This document shows, piece by piece, positions 1-14,400 of a stretch of DNA of 64,000 nucleotides. The position numbers were made by a program, and so were the translations under genes. The notes under the pieces are model-generated. The model ran no database searches. It worked only from the letters and a program-made list of their open reading frames with translations, and was not told the DNA's origin. How positions within the stretch are numbered: position 1 is the stretch's first letter; each line of letters opens with the position of its first letter. Origin of the DNA: Auanema rhodensis (lineage: Eukaryota; Animalia; Nematoda); contig OZ059894.1 in the NCBI GenBank assembly GCA_964057225.1, positions 16,988,001 to 17,052,000 on the forward strand. Direction: 5' to 3'.

Positions 1-760
1 AGTGGAAGTAAAACGAAGACATTGCCTACCATAGCGATGACGGAAAGAAGAAGAAAATGATGATATGGAAGTAACTGGACGAACAAACTAGGAAACTTTC
101 TTTGCAAAAAATTCAGATCTGTGATTGTGACAGCACAGTTTTCTAACGAATGTTCTATTCCGCTTGAAAGAAGATCATCTAAGAGAGATCAAGAAAAATT
201 TTACAGTAGAAGGAGTAAAAGAAATAAAGACGGACGCAGAGAGAATAAGAAAAAATATAACGAGAAATTATCAAAAGGAGATTTTGCCAAAAGCGAAGAG
301 AGAAGCACAGAAAGAAGAGAGCGAAATACAACTAAGAAAGACGTAGAAACCTCAAGAGACGATCACATAATCAGAGATTCTACTATGGCCTCGAGGTATA
401 GGCAGTTTCGAGAGAGAGCTAGAGAGAAAGGAACCATGGAGAGAACGAGACAGACTTTCATCCACATGGCACTACCGTATGCCATGCGTTTTGCTGCTCT
501 TTACTAGCTGGTCGGAGGCCTTCCTCTCCTCCTCTCATCTACCCCTGTCTCTGAGCTTGTCTCCACCCACTTTTTCCACAGCTTGAGTTGAAGGCTGAGA
601 CAATTGCTGTGTGTCTCATATATTGGCATGGTCTCTAGGAGATAGCCACGCCTCCGCGGAGCTGCTTGATTGGCTCGCCTGATCCAATTATCAGCCACTC
701 GGGCCTTTTTCCACAGAAAGTAGAAGGCAGACAAGTCTGTTCGATAAGCTTAGCCCTAGG
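1..760. mobile_element. Decayed non-LTR (RTE-like) retrotransposon fragments
   Basis: Minus ORF 504-734 (ARVADNWIRR...RRRGRPP) resembles the RTE ORF C-terminus. The plus-strand Lys/Arg/Glu-rich broken frames resemble the EN-RT linker. There is no splice structure and there are many stops. Confidence 0.4.
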
Positions 761-1089
761 GGCAGAAGGAGAAAAGATAGGGGCGAATGTGCCTGAGGAG
801 AAGGGAGAGTGGGGAGTACTGATTCGGTTATGATAATGTGATGCTCTCATACATACACATTCATATAAGAAGCTAACTCGTGTAAGCATACTACATAAGA
901 GCAACTAGCCTATAGCTGCCGAAAGCTTCATGATTTATTTTATAAAAAAAAACAATTTTTTTCTTTTTATCCAAATATCATTTGCAGTATTTGTTTATTA
1001 TTTTTGTTTATAATCGTGAAAATTAGCTTAACATAAGAAAAAAAGAAAAAAAAAGAAATAAGTTAAATAGATTTAGGTAAAGTAATTCA

Positions 1090-1480
1090 ATGAGCATTGT
1101 CTTCTTTTTCCAATTGTTCCTGCAATTCACTTCAGCATTCCATTTTTCTCCTTACCAGTCTGTCGGTGCCTTGTCTATGAAGCACGTTTCAAATCCTCTT
1201 TTTCTTCAAAAAAATGATATTTTTGTATTATTTTCTGTTATTCTAGCACCTAATATCTACTGCTGTCTCAAGTCTTCATAAACTCAACGTTTCCTTTCAC
1301 GCAAACACCAGTGCTTGCCATTTTCGTTTGAAACTCACTTTTCAACCATGTGATCATATCTCAAACAAAGTTCTTGAAATTACTTCAAATACAGTACATT
1401 CAACTTCAGTTCATCTGGTACAGCCTGAATTAGTTCACTTGTCCTGATTGTCGATGTCGATGTCGATGATGGATGCCGCA
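1090..1480 (-). mobile_element. Decayed APE-endonuclease remnant of a non-LTR element
   Basis: Broken minus frames give STIRTSELIQAVPDELK.NVLYL, STGVC and FIDKAPTD..GE...EQLEKE, matching the order of the APE motifs (N.RTL, DVIxLQE, GGVG, YAPT..EE..FY.LE). Confidence 0.4.
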
Positions 1481-1759
1481 ACTATATTAATATTCTGATG
1501 TTGTGTATTTGTTGGAAGACAGAAAAGTCATATACAACATATAATGTCAAATGATTTGTTCTGCTTTGAACTTACTATATGTATGTATATAAGTATAATC
1601 TATTTAAAATATATAACATACATGCATATGTATAATACCATATACTACATGCTTGCATATGTATGCTAGAAGTAGTATATAGAAGGTTAGAGAATCAATA
1701 TTAACCAAATGTCTTTTTACATATACAATGTACATGTATAGCTGAATATTAAAAAGATC

Positions 1760-4530
1760 CAAGACAGCCGGATGTTTCTTAATTTTTTGTCATCCAGATG
1801 AGTATCCTTTACACATACACACCATCTGAGCATGATCCGCCTTGTCAAGTGGCTCTCAGATTGCGCAAGCCAAAAGGCAAAAAGATATTGGAGCACAGTG
1901 ATCGTCATCATGTTCACAGCCTTATTAGTATTCTCTAAGAGGTGAAGTGCTCGTCGATAGAATAATAATTCAATGAAAAACCTATACATTGAACCATCTT
2001 TCCGTCTAATATCCACTTTTATCCATTATGTCGCCTTTTTTTATCCACTTCTTATGTTTCTTTTATCTACTCATCTCATATGCAATTGTACATTGTTTTA
2101 GTGATTGTTTCTTTTTGCAAGGATTAACCTACACTTATGTGAAATTATATGAGATTAAAGGAATTATTATTATAAACATTCTAATAAAATTATGTAAATT
2201 CATCAACAAATAGTATAAATACCACCCAGTTAAATATTCTAACTGTTTGTACCTCATTTCATGAAAGATTATGTTTGCAGAATTTACTAATACTCTATAT
2301 TATATCAAGTTTTCTCCAATTTCTACAATAAAGGCAAATCTATTATCGTATTCTATATTGTAAAGCTATATGAAAGGAATTGTAATCTGCATCTCTAATC
2401 ATATATCCAATAAACAGTATTCGTATATTATTCCGCAAATTTTCAATGAAAAATGAAAGAAATAAGACGTTATCTTAACTATGCGTATATTGTAGATACT
2501 TATTCTACTTGTTCAGATTGGACGGTCACGATGGAGTTGTAGTTAATGAGACATAGACTAAGTTTCTTGAAAGATAATTAGCATGCAAAAAGAGGACATG
2601 TGTGTGGCTATTGTGGATGACTAGTCATCTAAGGATCTTCTTCTTCTGTTACCAGCATATAGCAACCAGCATAACCAACCATCAGCCAGTCAGTGACAGA
2701 CCTTCTGATCAGTCCTTACCCTCCTGGAAAACCCTCTCTAAGACAGCATACTGGCCTCATCTTATTCTTCTTCTCCTCGTCGTCTAGCTAATTAGTCAAT
2801 GAAGCGCGATTGTTCCCTCTTGGTTCTATTGTTGACTTTCATGCACAGAATGGCTGTCACACATCTGGGTATACTGTAGTGTTACATTATAGACACAAGA
2901 TTTTCCAATGAATATTTATGATTAAAAAACAACTAAGGTAACAAATAAAAAACTGCGAAAAAACAAACAGATTCATAAAAATCTATTTATAATTCAAATT
3001 TTATATAATTGTTTTGATAATTATAAATATAAAGTTAAGCAAATTTAAGTAGTTTAGAAATATTTTTGTAATCTCTCTAAGTGACGTAATTTATTTTTTT
3101 TCCATTCTTTTCATTTGGATTTTGACATTTCGTCTTTTTTTAAATTTTTTCTCAATCACAAATTTATTCAAATAATTATCTCAAATGCCACGCAAAAGTT
3201 GTGTTGAATTGCAATTGAATAGAAACATTCATTCACGTCAACATACGTCACAACACGTGAAACTGTGAATTAATTTTTTTAAAAATTCGCGTGGTGAACG
3301 GTTGCTCATGTAAGTTTTATTTATTTTATTCATTTAACATATGTATATGATATTGTGATTATATTGTATATTGTATATTCATTATTTTATTTCATGATGA
3401 TAAAGTTTATTTAGTCTCATTTTATATATTATAATACAATTCTAAAAATATTTTATTTTTTTACCCATTTGTTGCTTTTCTTTTCTTTAAATACGAACTT
3501 AAAGCATTATTCAATTATATTGCCTAGCTACAGACAAAATTAAATCAAAATGAAATTGAAATACATAGTATATAAATTGGATATTATTACCTGTTAAATA
3601 CTTATTACACAGATTTATGAATATAGAAATATTCTAATTAAAAATATTAATAGCAGGGAAATAGTTTGAATGAAGAAACAGGAAATATAAAATTACTTAT
3701 ATTACTCAAGTTTATTCATAACTCATCCTCTCATGGGATCTTATAAATTGAAATCATTTTCGCTTACTCAAAATACGATCTAATTCAATCTTCAAGTAAT
3801 CAAACTTAGAACACATTGCGCATCGTTATTACTACTACTACTACCAGAGTGTTATTTGAATTATTTGCTATGAAACGATTATTATTATAACTGAAACTTG
3901 GGAAAAGGAAATAAAAAATATCCATTTTTACTCAGAAAACTAAAATAAATAAATAAAAGAAAATAGAACCAAAGAAAGACTGATGATTTTTTGATATTTA
4001 GCCATCTTCCTTGCTTACAACTGAATGCCATTAAGATCTGTTGAAAGCAATATAATTGCTCAAATAAAGCTGTACATTGACTTTTCGATTTAAATTATTC
4101 ACATTGAATAGTTGAAGCTAACCAGTAAATGTTGCTTTTGGTCATAGTTTAGAAATATCTGGTTAAATATCAACACATTTAAGTTCATCCTTATTCTTTT
4201 CTTTTATTATAAAGAGAAAGCAATCTGTATGTTGAGCTGACTGAACTAAAAGTTCAAAACTGCAAAATCGCAAATTATGTCCCTTCCAGTTAGCATGTTC
4301 CTTTATTTTTTTTTGTGAGCGTGGCTTTGATTTGTCGAATTATTCTCGTCCATCTAGCGCTATGTATTTTAGGATGACTATGTCATCTGGAGTTTGAAGC
4401 TACTTCGTTAAGACTCTATCCTTCTAACATTGAATTCTCTCTCACCCCATCTTTCCTCTATTTCTGACTCATACTAGATTTGATACCATACTGACCCTCC
4501 GTCTTCAACACATCTCAAACACTCGTTTTC
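1760..4530 (-). mobile_element. Scattered non-LTR RT fragments (~1760-2010, ~2600-2790, ~4300-4530)
   Basis: The minus strand near 4370-4390 reads PDDIVILK (FADDIVL-like). A related GGATGACTA(T)GTCATCT stretch occurs near 2615. 1760-1850 reads HLTRRIMLRW..KKLRNIRLSW, similar to the RTE C-terminus. Confidence 0.35.
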
Positions 4531-4653
4531 TTATTTTCACACTTTCCAAGTATTTTGGTTTAGCATTCCCAACTAATTTTACCTCATTGTGAAATATTTT
4601 CTATTTCTATTTTTTTTCTTCATTCTTAGATATTATAGTTTTGGTATGATTAA

Positions 4654-6134
4654 ATGGCCTCGACTGGTCCCCAATGGAGTTTATACCCATTATTAGCTAT
4701 TATAGCATTCGTATGTTTTAAATATAACTTGAATAATCTTAGATTTCTTAATTTTAAGTGTGAATTTTCCTGTGGATTAGTACATCTAACATTTTGTCTT
4801 CCATTTTATTTTCTTCTATTACCAATTATAAATGGAGTTTTGGGTCTTCTGGCCTCTTTTCATGCAATTTTTCTCAGATACCCAAACAGGTAAATATCAA
4901 TTTTCAAGTTTTTCTTAGATGATTCATTCCATTTAGATGCGATTTTGTGCTCCAACTTATCTGCACAGCATTCGCATTTTGGTTTGTTATAACATCATGT
5001 ATGGAGTCGTATTGTTTAGGAGACTACAATCGTTAGTTTTAAGTTTATTATTCTAAAAAACTCATTGTGAGCTAGTTGACTCTTCAACGTTTGATACAAA
5101 GAAAAGAGAATGTTTCAAACTAACTTCTTCAGAGGAAGTGCAATCAACAGGCGATGGTGTTTGTTATGGACTTAAATATCGAACTAATTCTTTCGTTCTA
5201 TCGTGTTTGGATTTCTTGGGACCTTTACAGCATTCCTTACTCCATAAACTTGGTTGGGAGCCAAAAGATAGAGACGGAATACGCTTTTTCATGGCATGTA
5301 CATTGAGTGTATTATCTGTTATTCACTTATGTTGTACAACAGCTCTTACATTCTATAGTGCAATTGAAACAAAGTATTAGTTTTTATTATTTCAAAGATG
5401 AATACATGAAAATATTTAGAATTCGTTTATATTCCTATCATTATCAAGTTGTTGTTGGCATATTCGTGTTTTTTACAGGTATTTTTCATCTTAGGTAAGA
5501 TTTTCATCTTCTAACTTTCAAATACATTTTCTTATATATTTTAGATATTGTTGCACATTCTTTTTTCTCGGTCTTCCTATTTTCATCGGAGGATATTCTG
5601 TTCTTCAAGGTATTCCAATTGTTTTAACTCTTTTAAAATTTAAAAACCTTAAATATCCAAATTTAATTTATCATTCAGGTTCTATAACTTGGAGAACTCG
5701 ATGTCACGGCTCGTGGACTAGAGCTTTGAATATCGTAGGATCTGCTATATCTCTTATGCTTTTTGCTTCAACCTTATTTGGATTTTTTTGTTGGTTTCAC
5801 AGGTAATAATAATATAATATTTCTAAAAAAATGTTTTTTTTATTTGAGAGGTCAATCTCCTCGCATGATAACGAGACATTGTCATTGGCGTCCAAAATCA
5901 GAAGAGTATTGCATACGTGTAATTCATTTCTCACTACCCTACATCGATTGGCTTCCAGAAGAAACGGATCGAGAAATTGCTGTTGTTCAGGTTTATAGAT
6001 GATCAAGTAATATCTTTGATAAGTTTTTCTTTCAGATAGCAGTGTATTCATTTCTTTCAATACTTTCGTTATTGCAATTTTGTTTTTCAATGCGGTCTGC
6101 TTTTTCAACTAAACATGTTGCTCTATACTATTAA
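4654..6134 (+). CDS. Multi-pass membrane protein of unknown function (9 exons)
   Basis: Spliced reading MASTGPQWSLYPLLAIIAF|CEFSCGLVHL...|...IAVVQ|IAVYSFLSILSLLQFCFSMRSAFSTKHVALYY*. It has about 8 hydrophobic segments and consistent GT-AG phases. Confidence 0.8.
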
Positions 6135-7075
6135 CTTTTTCAGAAAAACAGTTCAGAAACTATATTTTATTTTATTCAATAAATATAAAAATTTTATTTC
6201 ATTGTTTATTTTCTTTCACATATAGAAGAGAAAATTTTTCTCAAAAGGACGACAGCATTGAAGACTAATTTCTAAAGAACAAAGCACATCAATAGAAGAA
6301 TCTCAGATAATTATATTATCTCAAACGTATTTCTCTTCTATTTTCAACTCTTTTTTGTGACAAATCTATCTATCACCACCAACTGAGAAATTTCTTAATT
6401 ATGTATTTATGAGAGAAATAGATTTTCAGATATACATTCTCCTTAAGTATCAAGTACCATTCGTACTAACTCTAATGTAGGTTCAATATTTTAAAACTTC
6501 ATAGCTTGTGACATAATAAAATATTTGAATAATTTTAATTTTCATAATACTTTTAAACAAATTTAATCTGAGAAAACAATATTTGAGATTGAAATTGAGT
6601 TTATCATCTTCAGTTTTTTTTTCATTAGAAAATACAACATCTAGAACATCTTCATCATAGAACAACATGAAATGTTAAACTAAAATTTCAATTATTCAAA
6701 GCCGTTAGGAAATGCTCTCGAAATATAAATGAAAAATCATTTCTTTATATGGGTCTAATCGTTTATGTGATTTCTTATTTTTCATCTCAAGGGTTCTTCG
6801 AATAAATTGAATGGTAATCCTTCTCGCTTTCACTGCTTGCTCTCTTGTTAGCAAGTAATAGGTCTATTTACAGCTTTTATTTCCATTACATATCCATATT
6901 TTTGTTGTTTTTTGTTTGAATTTCACAAAAAGCTTATGAAATCATGTTTTTAACGTTTTGCCACATGTTAATATAACAAAAATTTAAAAAAGAATTTTTC
7001 TAATGTTTCAAGTGAAATAAAATCATTTAATTAACTCATTTCTGATTTCAAATAATATTATTAATTATCTTTAGA

Positions 7076-7786
7076 ATGGATTTTGAATTTCGTAGTTGTT
7101 GCTGTCATATATCAATTGCGGTAGCTGTGATGTGTACAATGGAAATAGCTGCTATCGTACTCACATATGTTACAAGTGATCTTATTCATCTAAATATTAT
7201 TTAAATAATATTCATAATATAGATATTAGCCATCCATTGATGGTATGTCATGCTTATAACGTAAGTATTACGCAATCGTTAGCATCTGAGCCACAGATGA
7301 CAGAACATCGTCTCTGTACAACGAATGGACCTCTTCTATTTTGGATAATGCTTCATCTTTTTACTGATGCAGCTGCCTTAGTAAGTTATACTACTATTTG
7401 TTTTTTTAAAGTTTTCATTTATTTATTTTTGATTAGGTTGCCATTCAAACTATTAAACATCAATTATTAATTCCTTATCTAATAACTACTGTAATGGATG
7501 TCCTAATGGCTTCTGCGTACATCTGCGTTCTCTTTTTTCAAATGATCTTGGGAGATAAGATTGATACAGTAAGTTTTGGCAGTAAGCAGTTTCTATTTCT
7601 ATATATACATTTTTCTTTTAATCCACTTTTCAGTCACTTCCTATCTTCATGGTTTTCATTTTATTTTTCAAATTTTATGACTTAATCTGTGGACGTAGGC
7701 TGTATTGGTTTCTACAATGGCGATTCGATTCACGATTCACACCCCGATCTACAGTAATACGAGATGATGATCATTTTCAATTTTGA
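7076..7786 (+). CDS. Small four-transmembrane protein (4 exons)
   Basis: MDFEFRSCCCHISIAVAVMCTMEIAAIVLTY...LIPYLITTVMDVLMASAY...RDDDHFQF*. The CCC N-terminal motif and LIPY in TM3 are typical of nematode LAPTM-like 4TM proteins. Confidence 0.8.
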
Positions 7787-8162
7787 GTTTTAAATTAGGG
7801 AAATATACTGAAATATATGTATATTGATAATCAGTTTCATAAAACATTTTAAGATGTAATGTATAATCACCTCATTTTTTGCATATAAATAAATATATAT
7901 TTAAATAAACAACTTTTATTTTGTTATAATTCATTTGTAATAGATAATATTTTTTAGAAAAATTTATATTATATATATGTATATATTGGTTTATACAATA
8001 AATAAGAGAAATTATATTTAACTACTATTTTCCAAATTAATTTGTATGTTCAACCTCTCACATGATTTTTCGTATTATTCTTTTCATATTTCATTAAGGA
8101 GTTAATGTCGAGAAATGCTTTATTCACTTGATTACAGACATTGAGTACATGTTTCGAGGTAT

Positions 8163-8741
8163 TCAGTTGTGGAATCTTTGACGTTTGGTCAATCCATTGC
8201 TTGTTGCAATAGCTGCCCATGGGTCATTGGATGCAAATACAGAGCTTGGAGTTGTAGTTGTAGGTGTTGAAGCTAAATATTAAATGTTTAACTACATATT
8301 TCATAGTTGATGATACCAGAAGATTTGCGATGAGCAAGGGTAGTCATGGTCTGAACATCAGGTGTAGATGGCAGTCTTTCATAAACTGTGCCTTGGTTAA
8401 ATCCATAACCAGTTATGACAGAAACAGATGAATCTGAAGGAGATGTAGCGGTTTCAGCTGGAATTTCTAGAAAGAAAAAAGTTTATTCTAAAGGGATTGT
8501 TTGAAGTTGTTTGAAAACCATATGTCGATGGTGCAGATTCAGTGACGGCCTTTTGAGTTTGAGGAACGAAAGGCTGACGATACATAATGTATGGATGTCC
8601 TCCAATGTTTTGAACAGATGTACCGTATCCCATAGGATACTCGGAATGTGAATTGCTAGTGGGCAATTGGTATAAAGCTCCATATTGAGCATTGTTAACT
8701 AAAATTGCATATTATTTTTCAAAATGACTTTTAAATTTACC

Positions 8742-8798
<57 letters not shown>

Positions 8799-9122
8799 CT
8801 GGAAAATGTTTGGCATAGCGTTCATAAATCCAGTATTCCATGATTGAACGGGAAACATTCCATTTAAATCATTGGCGTACAAAACCGAAGAAGCTGGTGG
8901 AGCTGGGGCTGATACCGGAGAAACAGATGATATTGTAGCGGGGCGATGTTGAGCTGAATGGTATGCAGACAATGCAGGTCCTGTAGCAGCAGCAGATGGA
9001 GCTGGAGCACCATAAGCCGAAGAAGCGGGCTGAACGTTGCTGGTAGGTAGTTGAGCATAGCCAGCATTAGCCGAGACATGGTGATATGAAGTAAGTGCAA
9101 GAAGGAATGCAACACGAAGCAT
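8163..9122 (-). CDS. Secreted low-complexity Ser/Ala/Pro/Gln-rich protein with poly-Q (4 exons)
   Basis: Signal peptide MLRVAFLLALTSYHHVSA, a long Q tract, and C-terminus NDPWAAIATSNGLTKRQRFHN*. There is an acceptor just upstream of the ATG and a TATATAA near 9243-9249. Confidence 0.8.
8742..8801 (-). repeat. CAA/CAG trinucleotide repeat encoding poly-Q
   Basis: (TTG/CTG)n on the plus strand, at the end of exon 1. Confidence 0.95.
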
Positions 9123-10329
9123 CTTGAAGCTGTTGGAAAACAAAAATTCAAATATAGAGCAGATGGTTAGTAGATGTTGTTTCTCCGTTTGACTGGATGA
9201 GTCAATCGGTTAACTTGTGGTATGATGCCTTGACAGTCTACCTTATATACGTTTGTCGACCAACTGGTACTGACGGAAGCTGAATATCGTATAATCGGAT
9301 TAGTTCCATATAAGCCTTTGGCATATTTCTGAGGATTTTGAGCTTTTCATGGTCACAGGTTTTTGATATTTCGATACAATTTCCTTGAAAAGGTGTCGGA
9401 AGAAAAAGACTTAGAAGATATAGTGAGAAGTAGAACCCAGTTCTAAAAAAGAAAAAAGTTATTCCATCCTTTGAAACATTCTATCCAAAAAGTATAGAAG
9501 TATTTGCATATTTTTTCCAAAAAAAAAACACAAATCGTCCTAAATCCTTAAGCCTTGTAACTCGATTTCTGTTCATATCTTTCAGGATTTCTCAGATTGT
9601 TCAAACTATCGCTTCGAAACAAAGTTTTTGTACATTTCTCTTATTTTAATTAGTCACTAACTCTAACAGCTAGGCCAATTTTTATATATAATTGATTCTG
9701 GCAACTGTGAAGGTCGGGTTTCATTTCAACGGACATTGGCCATGCTTTTAAGGATTGCTTCGGACAAGTTTCTCGGTCGGTCAATTTTTCTGACTAGTTC
9801 TAAAGAAGAATTTGAAGTTTGAATGGCAATTTGAAGTTTTCTTGATTATAAAAAGGTAGTTCATACAAGAAAAAAAGTATTAATTCTTCTAACGAAAAGA
9901 TGAAAATGCTAAAATCTTAAATTATTTTATAAATTAATAAAAATTTGAAATGTAATATGTATATTAATGAAATATTTGTTATTATTGGGCTTTACCCTAT
10001 GAAATAAGTAAACGTTTTTCAAGTCAACCTAAGAGCTTAACGTGACCTTTCACGTTCAAGTGAAAAGTTCACGTACGCTTCGAGGACAAATAGTATTGAA
10101 GCATTAGTTTTTAATAGAATTCTCTCCTTCTTTCAAACTTAATTGCTGAAATCATCAATTTTTTTTTAATTTCATAGAATAATATGTAATATGCAATGCA
10201 AACATTTTATTTTTTGATTTTTTTTTCAAAACTTATGTTTTTATAAGAAATTAATGTTCGTTGACCATCTTCTCTTTTAATATTAAAAATAAATGATGTC
10301 ATCATTAAATGTGAGTATCGTCCAGAGAT

Positions 10330-11330
10330 GTAATTATCTGAACGTTGGTTTACTCATCGATGTTGTTCAAAATCATCCAGTTTTTCAAGAAGGCGTTCAA
10401 ACGGTTGTTCCTGTTCCAATAATTTTTGGATTTCTCATATGTTTTCGAGCTAATTATCTAATTCACAACAAAAGGATTTTTGTCTTTATCTTTCTTCTTC
10501 TCAGTTTTATTTAACAGACAGTTCGTCAAAGATATTACGCAAGCTAAATCTAATCCTGTGAGCGTGAGGAAACAACTAAGTCCCACGTTAATGAAAATTA
10601 AAAGAAAAAAGTTTTGTGTTCAATTTGGAAAATCATGCTTTTGGTTTAATTATTGTCCAATACATTAGTTCTGCCAGAAATATATAAATAAACATTAAAA
10701 TCATCTTCACATGTATTAAATCTGAGATCCAATACAAATATTCTGACATGAAAATTGCCTGGTTTGTAATATTTCCTATGTTCTTACACGAATACCGGTT
10801 TGAAGCTGTTCCTAACATCATCAACTTCCGAGTAAGTTCTGACAGGTTGCAGACCTCTCAATTGGCTTTTAGGATTTTCCAGACTTTCCCTCAGTGTGGT
10901 CAGTTCGTTCAGTAAACTTTACTTCTTGCATGGGGTGTCTGTGCGCTTAGCTATCTTGGCTAATTCAAACTTCTATTTCATCCTTTTTTTATATAAATCC
11001 TTCAATGTTTCATACACAATTCCAAATGTTCTTATGCTGTTCTTGAACGTTATGCAATTCTATCCGATGTCTCTTTCCCGCTTCTTTATTGAAATCCAGC
11101 CAATATTGCTCTTCACAAAACTAAAGAAGTGGAAAACGTGTTGAACGACAACTGTTGTCCGCTGGTCAAATGAACTTCGCCATTCTCCAGACAGGTCTTT
11201 ATGCACCTGTAAGAGGCTACCTAATGTGATCGCTGACTACTTCAGACGGCGAATCATGTACTTTGCAACCTGTGAAGCTTTACGTGATGTGCTTCTTCAT
11301 TCATTCTTCATCGCATTCATTCTTGGCGTT
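10330..11330 (-). mobile_element. Degenerate BEL/Pao LTR-retrotransposon gag (DUF1759-like) remnant
   Basis: Broken minus frames: DLSGEWRSSFD...FGIVYETLKDLYKKR...LLNELTTLRESLENPKSQLRGL...FERLLEKLDDF. The region is intronless with many stops. Confidence 0.4.
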
Positions 11331-11441
11331 AGCTTCTTCATATCTCGTATGAAGACTTTTAAATTTTTTGAAATTAAGACTATGTATATCATTTTTATTT
11401 TTAGAATATTCCAGGATTTGAAATAACTTGAAATAATCATT

Positions 11442-14400
11442 ATGGCACGATGGAGAGCTCCATTAGAAGAGCGATGGGCTAACATTATTGGAAAATATAC
11501 TCTTTTCGTAGCTAAGTTAGAATAATTATTAATTCTAATACTTTGACGAATGGTTTCAGACACCCATGGTTCTTCATTTTATCTCCATTAGTGTTGTCGA
11601 TCGCTCTCTCTATTGGAATTGTTAATCATTTTCATATTGTGAGAGGAGTTAAGTATCTTTACTCACCTATAGATGCTCAATGGAAAGCAGAAGAAGCAGT
11701 ATTAGCTGAAAACTGGGCTGCCGATGACCAGCATTTCTATCCAGGTTTTAGAGACTCGTGAATTTTACTTTTTCATTGTTTTCAATAATTTAGGAAAAGA
11801 TGTGACAAGACGTAGAGGACTATATCTCATATTAAAAACCAAAAATAGTGAAAATATTTTGAGTCCGGATCATTCATTAGATGTTATTAAAGTAATTATT
11901 GATTATATACCAAATTAGTTATTTTTCTCCAGGCAATAGATTGGGTTGTGAATACAACTTTCATTTCAACAGTTTCAAACCAAACATTTTCTTACAAAGA
12001 TGTGTGTCTTCGTTTTCAGGTATATTTGAGAAAATTCTTTTCAATACTAAACATGTTTTTATTTGAGAATGAATGCTTTACAAACCAACATGTAAGACTT
12101 ATTGCTGATATATTCGCACATGTAGATCAGGTATTTCCTCAAAAGGCATCAAGTCAAACTAAATATTCTTATAACTAGACGGCTATCAACGTGTCATATC
12201 CAACTTTTCGTACAAAATTTGCGACAGAGCCAATCGAATTGAGAAATGCATTAGGTAATGTAACTGTAGACAAGTTCGGACACTTATCTAAAGCTACTGC
12301 TTGGATGCTATTATACCAATTAAAAGGACAGACACCAGAAGTTAATAGTCTTTCATCGTAAGATTTATAGATGAAAATGTAAAGTAAAATAATGTTTTTA
12401 AAGAGAATTCGAGAACATAATAGCTGATCACATAAATAGAGGAAAAGTTCCAATTGGTCATCTGAGCTTATTTTACTTTCATTCGGATACATTTGATCAA
12501 GAACTATCAAGAGAAAATAAAAGAATAACACCGAAGTAAAACAAAATTTTTTTTTAAATCTTTTTTTAATTTTTTAGATTTGCTATTACATTTACGGTTT
12601 TAATTATATTTTCTATTATGTGTACATTCACAACAAAGTGGGCTACTATTCCTTCAAAATCTTTCATATCAAAAATCTTACCATTTACCAAGATTCCTGT
12701 AATTGATTGGGTTTGTTCTTCATATATATGAAAGTATAATTGACTAATTTTTATTTAAGACTGTCTCAAAACCATGGATGGGCATAGTTGGTGTTCTTTC
12801 AACTCTTTTGGCTATTGTATCATCCACTGGTTTATTACTAATATTTGATGTTCAATTTGTTGATATGTGTACAGTAATGCCTTTTCTAAGCTTAAGTTAG
12901 TTTTGGAATTATTTGTTCATTTGCCCAAAAAAACAAAAATTCTCTCTCTTTTTCATCTTTAAACTTATAGCAATCGGTATTGATGATACTTTCCTCATGC
13001 TAGCATCATGGCATGAGACGGACAGAAGCCTTCAGTGGGAAAAACGATTAGAACTAGCTATGAAACATGCTGCTGTTTCAATCTCAATTACATCTTTAAC
13101 AGATACTTTAGCATTTTTGATAGGAGCTATGGCTCCACTGCCAGCGGTATCTTTAATTTAATTTATTTTATTCCATAAAGTATGATTTAGGTTATGTATT
13201 TTTGCTATTACTCGTCAGCTGCTATTTGCTTCATATTCCTATATTGTTTAACTATGTTCACAGCATTCTTATCATTACAAGCTCGTTGGGAAGATCAAAA
13301 CCGTCACTGTGTTACAGGCTTTGAGACCAAACCGTTTTCGGAAAAAGGTTTGTGAATCAAACTTAATTCACAACGTAGTTCTTGAATGTTAAGAAAATGG
13401 CCAAATCAACCAGCTTCTTTTCACAATGGGATCTCGACCTGTAACGCTGATGTCTTATAATGAGAATAATAATAATAATAATAATAATACTATTAATGAA
13501 AATAGTGATACAATAATTATTCCAAAATATGATTTTCGGAAAGTGGGTGAGAAAATTTCAATGGCGCAAATGAAAGTAATGATTTTCAACAAGAGCGCTT
13601 CTCATTAAATCGGTTTCAGATACCCGACGAAAGAATGTGGTATCAAAAGTTTTTTGAAGATCGTTATGCCACATTTATTGCTCAACCATTGATGTCGTCA
13701 ATATCTTTTGCCTTATTGTGCTCATATATTTTTTTCACATTTTTGGGAACACAACGATTAGTTGTGGGATTTGATGTATGAAAAATACCTTTTCAATTAT
13801 TATAGCAAATATTATTTTAGCTCATAAACATTGTTCAAAAATCGTCCATTTCTAGAAGTTTTCTAGAAACAAGAGACATTTTATTTCCTGAAGATGTAAC
13901 GGTCATGGATGTTGCTGTTATGAACCCTCCCAACATGGCAATTGTTGAGCAAAGAGAAGAATTCATGAAAGTTCTTAATCAATATGAAGTAAATACTTTC
14001 TCACTAACAATTTTATTATTAAATTTTAATTTAAGACAACATTCTGTTCAGTTGGAAGAATAAGTACAAAGTTTTGGTTTTTTGCTTACAAAGCTTACCT
14101 CGATGACTTAGGATTTGGGTCATCATGGGATGCGATGAGTACAGATGAAGAGGTAGAGAAACAACTTTTCCAAAACTTAACTTTCTAATTCAGCAATTCA
14201 ATGAAAATCTACGAAGCTTTTTAATTTCGCAAGAGAAGTGGCAATACGATGTTCTTGAGTATCCAAATAAAACCATGAAAGCATTCCGTTTTTCAACAAA
14301 AATCATGAACATATCAGATGATGAACATGCTTATAATTGTGCAATGGAGATGAGGTATATTTAAGAAATACTATGTTATCATGTTTTTCTAATTTAAGAC

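Noticed and set aside
121-904. ORFs 121-507, 164-346 and 635-904 as host genes
   Set aside because: They have no splice context and are better explained as broken retroelement debris.
10039-10075. Imperfect inverted repeat ACGTGACCTTTCAC...GTGAAAAGTTCACGT
   Set aside because: It is short, with no target-site duplication or second copy, so no function can be assigned.
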